DNA of 28,310 bases from a virus. Taxonomy: Duplodnaviria > Caudoviricetes. The position numbers were made by a program, and so were the translations under genes. The notes below the pieces were generated by a model, which saw only the letters and a list, made by a program, of their open reading frames with translations, searched no databases and was not told where the DNA came from. Positions 25,782 to 28,310 of this stretch are shown piece after piece (position 1 is the first letter of the stretch; every line of letters begins with the position of its first letter). Location of the stretch: IMG/VR virus record IMGVR_UViG_3300042367_000084, positions 1 through 28,310 of that record. The stretch is one strand, 5' to 3'.

Positions 25782-26818
25782 TTTATCGATTAAACGCCAA
25801 CCATACACTTACTGAATTCAGTGATCGTTATGTAGAATACATTACAACACGCTATGTACCTGATGGCAGTTTAATAGTATCAATAGATGTCTTTGATTTT
25901 ACTGCCGGCGGGGTTGACCTTAGTCCGGCTGCTAGATCAATAATTGAAAATCATCTCGGTCATATAATCTTTGATTCATCCGGACATATTGTAGATTCTA
26001 ATCAATTATATCAAAATATTTTACAATTAAATTTAACTGTACCATTTTATCTATTAACGGGAGAATTTACCTATTGTAATCATCCGCCTGCCAATACACA
26101 TATAAAATTTTTTCCGTTTTGGACAGTATGGGCAAGTGCGCCGCATGCTATAGATGGTAATTTTAAAAATTATAATTTTTCTCAACAGCCTAAAAAATAT
26201 AAACTTAGTTGCTTAAACGGCATGCCTTGGCAGCATAGAAAATGGGTGTATTTACAACTTGCACATAAACCGTATTTTAATGATATGGTGTTTAGTTATG
26301 GCAATCGAGATGATAATATTTCGTGTAATAATTTCGATGAATTCCGATTAACCGACGAAGAAAATAATAAATTTGCACAATTACCAGCTAAATTTAAATT
26401 TACAGACAGGGATCAACATACTAAGATTGATATAACTATCGATCATCCAGCATATTTAGAAACATATATTAATCTAGTCACTGAAACTACTATAAATGGA
26501 AAATTCTCTATGCTCAGTGAAAAAACATTTAAACCAATTGTTGCTGGGCAATTATTCATATTAGTTGCTGCCGCCGGCGCAGTACAATTTTTACGAGATA
26601 TCGGCATTGATACATTTGATGATATTATTGATCATAGTTATGATACTCTAGTAGATAATAGATTGCGATTACTAGCAGTTATAGCACAAGTTGATCGTTT
26701 AATGACATTGGATATTGAGAGTATATACAATCAACTTAAACCTAGATTACAGCGTAATTCGGAATATATTCGATCTGAAGAATTTAGGCAACAATTTTCT
26801 TTGACCTTTGACAATTAA
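25778..26818 (+). CDS. Glycosyltransferase-like protein (GT-B, GT10-like C-terminus)
   Basis: YINLVTET...LSEKTFKPI...G..TFD..IDHSYD; CLNG...HR. Confidence 0.55.
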   Translation: MIYRLNANHTLTEFSDRYVEYITTRYVPDGSLIVSIDVFDFTAGGVDLSPAARSIIENHLGHIIFDSSGHIVDSNQLYQNILQLNLTVPFYLLTGEFTYCNHPPANTHIKFFPFWTVWASAPHAIDGNFKNYNFSQQPKKYKLSCLNGMPWQHRKWVYLQLAHKPYFNDMVFSYGNRDDNISCNNFDEFRLTDEENNKFAQLPAKFKFTDRDQHTKIDITIDHPAYLETYINLVTETTINGKFSMLSEKTFKPIVAGQLFILVAAAGAVQFLRDIGIDTFDDIIDHSYDTLVDNRLRLLAVIAQVDRLMTLDIESIYNQLKPRLQRNSEYIRSEEFRQQFSLTFDN

Positions 26819-26829
26819 CCTTATATACT
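26801..26829 (+). promoter_or_regulatory. Sigma70-type promoter TTGACC-N17-TATACT
   Basis: Hexamers at 26801-06 and 26824-29; ATG follows after 6 nt. Confidence 0.72.
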
Positions 26830-26835
26830 AATAGT

Positions 26836-27519
26836 ATGCTTATACAAAAATATGATTACACACCCATTAATCGCCAGAGCGAGAATGGAAAAAGACTTTA
26901 CAGTTTACCAGATGGTAGTAAGGTTCCTTCAGTAACAACAATCTTAGACAAGACAAAACCACCTGAAGCTAAGTTAGCCTTAGAAAACTGGCGGAAGTCA
27001 GTTGGCGAAAAGAAAGCACAGGAAATCACTACAGAAGCCGCTAATCGTGGAACACGTATGCACAAGTGGTTAGAAGACTATGTGCAGAACAATCGTCAAA
27101 TGGGCGAACCCGGTACTAATCCCTACAGTATACAAAGCCACAAGATGGCACAAAAGATTGTAGAGGAAGGATTGGTGCATGTAGATGAAGTATGGGGTAT
27201 TGAAGTGCCTTTATACGTTAGTGGACTGTATGCTGGTACAACTGACGCTTGTGGTGTACACAAAGGTAAACCGGCTATTTTAGACTACAAACAGACTAAT
27301 AAACCTAAGAAAACAGAGTGGGTTCAGGACTATTTCCTTCAATTATGTGCCTATGGACTAGCACATAACGAAACTCACGGAACAGACATTCGACAGGGTG
27401 TTATTCTAATGTGCAGTCAAGACTTCCAATACCAAACTTGGACAGTTGAAGGCGCTGAATGGGATATGTGGACTGAACGTTGGTTGAAAAGAGTGGAGCA
27501 GTATTATAATCTCAGCTAA
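26836..27519 (+). CDS. PD-(D/E)XK exonuclease (MGME1/RecB-like phage nuclease)
   Basis: PSVTTIL, RGTRMH, IEVPL, YAGTTD, LDYKQ, YFLQLCAY. Confidence 0.88.
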   Translation: MLIQKYDYTPINRQSENGKRLYSLPDGSKVPSVTTILDKTKPPEAKLALENWRKSVGEKKAQEITTEAANRGTRMHKWLEDYVQNNRQMGEPGTNPYSIQSHKMAQKIVEEGLVHVDEVWGIEVPLYVSGLYAGTTDACGVHKGKPAILDYKQTNKPKKTEWVQDYFLQLCAYGLAHNETHGTDIRQGVILMCSQDFQYQTWTVEGAEWDMWTERWLKRVEQYYNLS

Positions 27520-27522
27520 ATA
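27516..27522 (+). promoter_or_regulatory. Putative late promoter CTAAATA
   Basis: Overlaps the nuclease stop; AGGA SD and ATG 27546 lie downstream. Confidence 0.55.
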
Positions 27523-27545
27523 TAAAATATAGATAGGATATTAAT

Positions 27546-28136
27546 ATGGCTGTAACCCAAATCTCCAAAATACAAATCCGCAGAGGACTGCAAGAAAATT
27601 TACCACAACTTAGCTCGGCTGAACTAGGTTGGTCGATTGATGAACAACGATTGTTTATTGGGAATGGCACATTGGCTGAGGGCGCACCTGTAGTCGGTAT
27701 GACCGAAATCCTTACTACTCAAACTATATATAGTGAGTTAGCCCTTATTGAAGCATTACAAGGTAATGTTGCTAACATGACAGCAAACATTACTTCTATT
27801 CAGTCTGAACTTAATAGTTTAGAAGCAAATGTTGCATTGCATACATTTACATTTCCAGGCAATACACTAGTTGCTGCTAATACTACTATAACATTCGAAT
27901 CACTTTCTTCTCGCACAATTGATTATACTATTATTCGTGGCTCAACTTCACGAGTTGGTACACTTAAAGTCACTGAGCTGTTAGGCACATCATTGTACGA
28001 AGATGATTATGTTGAAACAGCTGACACCGGAGTTGTATTAGGATTTCAAAGCGATGTTAATGCAGCGATATTAACCTATACTACAACTAGTGGTGTCGAT
28101 GCTACATTTAACTATTATATAAAGACATTTATCTAA
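27546..28136 (+). CDS. Virion structural protein with Mtd_N-type N-terminus and a short coiled coil
   Basis: ISKIQIRRG...LPQLSSAELGWSIDEQRLFIGNG. Confidence 0.75.
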   Translation: MAVTQISKIQIRRGLQENLPQLSSAELGWSIDEQRLFIGNGTLAEGAPVVGMTEILTTQTIYSELALIEALQGNVANMTANITSIQSELNSLEANVALHTFTFPGNTLVAANTTITFESLSSRTIDYTIIRGSTSRVGTLKVTELLGTSLYEDDYVETADTGVVLGFQSDVNAAILTYTTTSGVDATFNYYIKTFI

Positions 28137-28144
28137 TATAAAAC

Positions 28145-28191
28145 TTGCAAAAAGTTGAAATATTATGTACACTGTATAGTATAAGTAAATA
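28145..28191 (+). promoter_or_regulatory. Candidate promoters for the ATP-cone gene (TTGCAA-N17-TACACT; GTAAATA)
   Basis: Hexamers at 28145-50 and 28168-73; late-like motif at 28185-91; AT-rich context. Confidence 0.4.
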
Positions 28192-28248
28192 CAACACAAC
28201 AATCAACAATACAAATTTAGAGCAGTACTAAATTACGAGGTTATCAAA

Positions 28249-28310
28249 TTGAGTATCATTCAAGTAATAAAACGTAGCGGTAGCCGCGCCCCGTTAGCAG
28301 TAGATAAATG
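28249..28310 (+). CDS. Start of an ATP-cone protein, probably ribonucleotide reductase large subunit (3'-truncated)
   Basis: GAGG SD at 28237-40, TTG start, MSIIQVIKRSGSRAPLAVDK (VxKRxG ATP-cone signature). Confidence 0.7.
   Translation, partial: MSIIQVIKRSGSRAPLAVDK

Noticed and set aside
26836-27519. Cas4 / CRISPR-associated nuclease
   Set aside because: It lacks the four-Cys Fe-S motif of Cas4, and there are no cas genes or arrays nearby.
1-28310. tRNA genes, self-splicing introns, inteins or an alternative genetic code
   Set aside because: No cloverleaf or T-loop signature was noticed in the short intergenic gaps. Primase, helicase and nuclease are uninterrupted and of normal size, and genes tile densely under code 11.

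Overview
A 28.3 kb segment of a large dsDNA tailed phage with T4-like gene organisation (TAAATA late promoters, gp41/DnaB-type helicase, TOPRIM primase). The host is probably a proteobacterium, judging from the IscU and DesA-like genes. It uses the standard genetic code, and almost all genes are on the + strand. From left to right: a minimal 192-aa DnaE-like polymerase core; a ~12.6 kb block of tail fibre/adhesin genes (Mtd_N-type N-termini, collagen, beta-propeller, Calx-beta-like and LamG modules); a 2OG-Fe(II) oxygenase; a fatty-acid desaturase; primase, radical SAM and helicase; a cluster of probable head/internal proteins sharing an M-K/R-h-x-E-h N-terminus, one with ligase-type KxDG motifs; an iscU split cleanly at Cys-Gly by an 8-nt insertion that creates an ATGA stop/start overlap; DUF1289-like, glycosyltransferase-like and PD-(D/E)XK nuclease genes; and the first codons of an ATP-cone (nrdA-like) gene. 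The most interesting items are the split IscU, the miniature DnaE, the putative virion-packaged ligase-like enzyme, the leaderless transcripts, and late promoters set inside SD-sequestering hairpins. All family assignments come from motifs recognised by eye; no searches were run.
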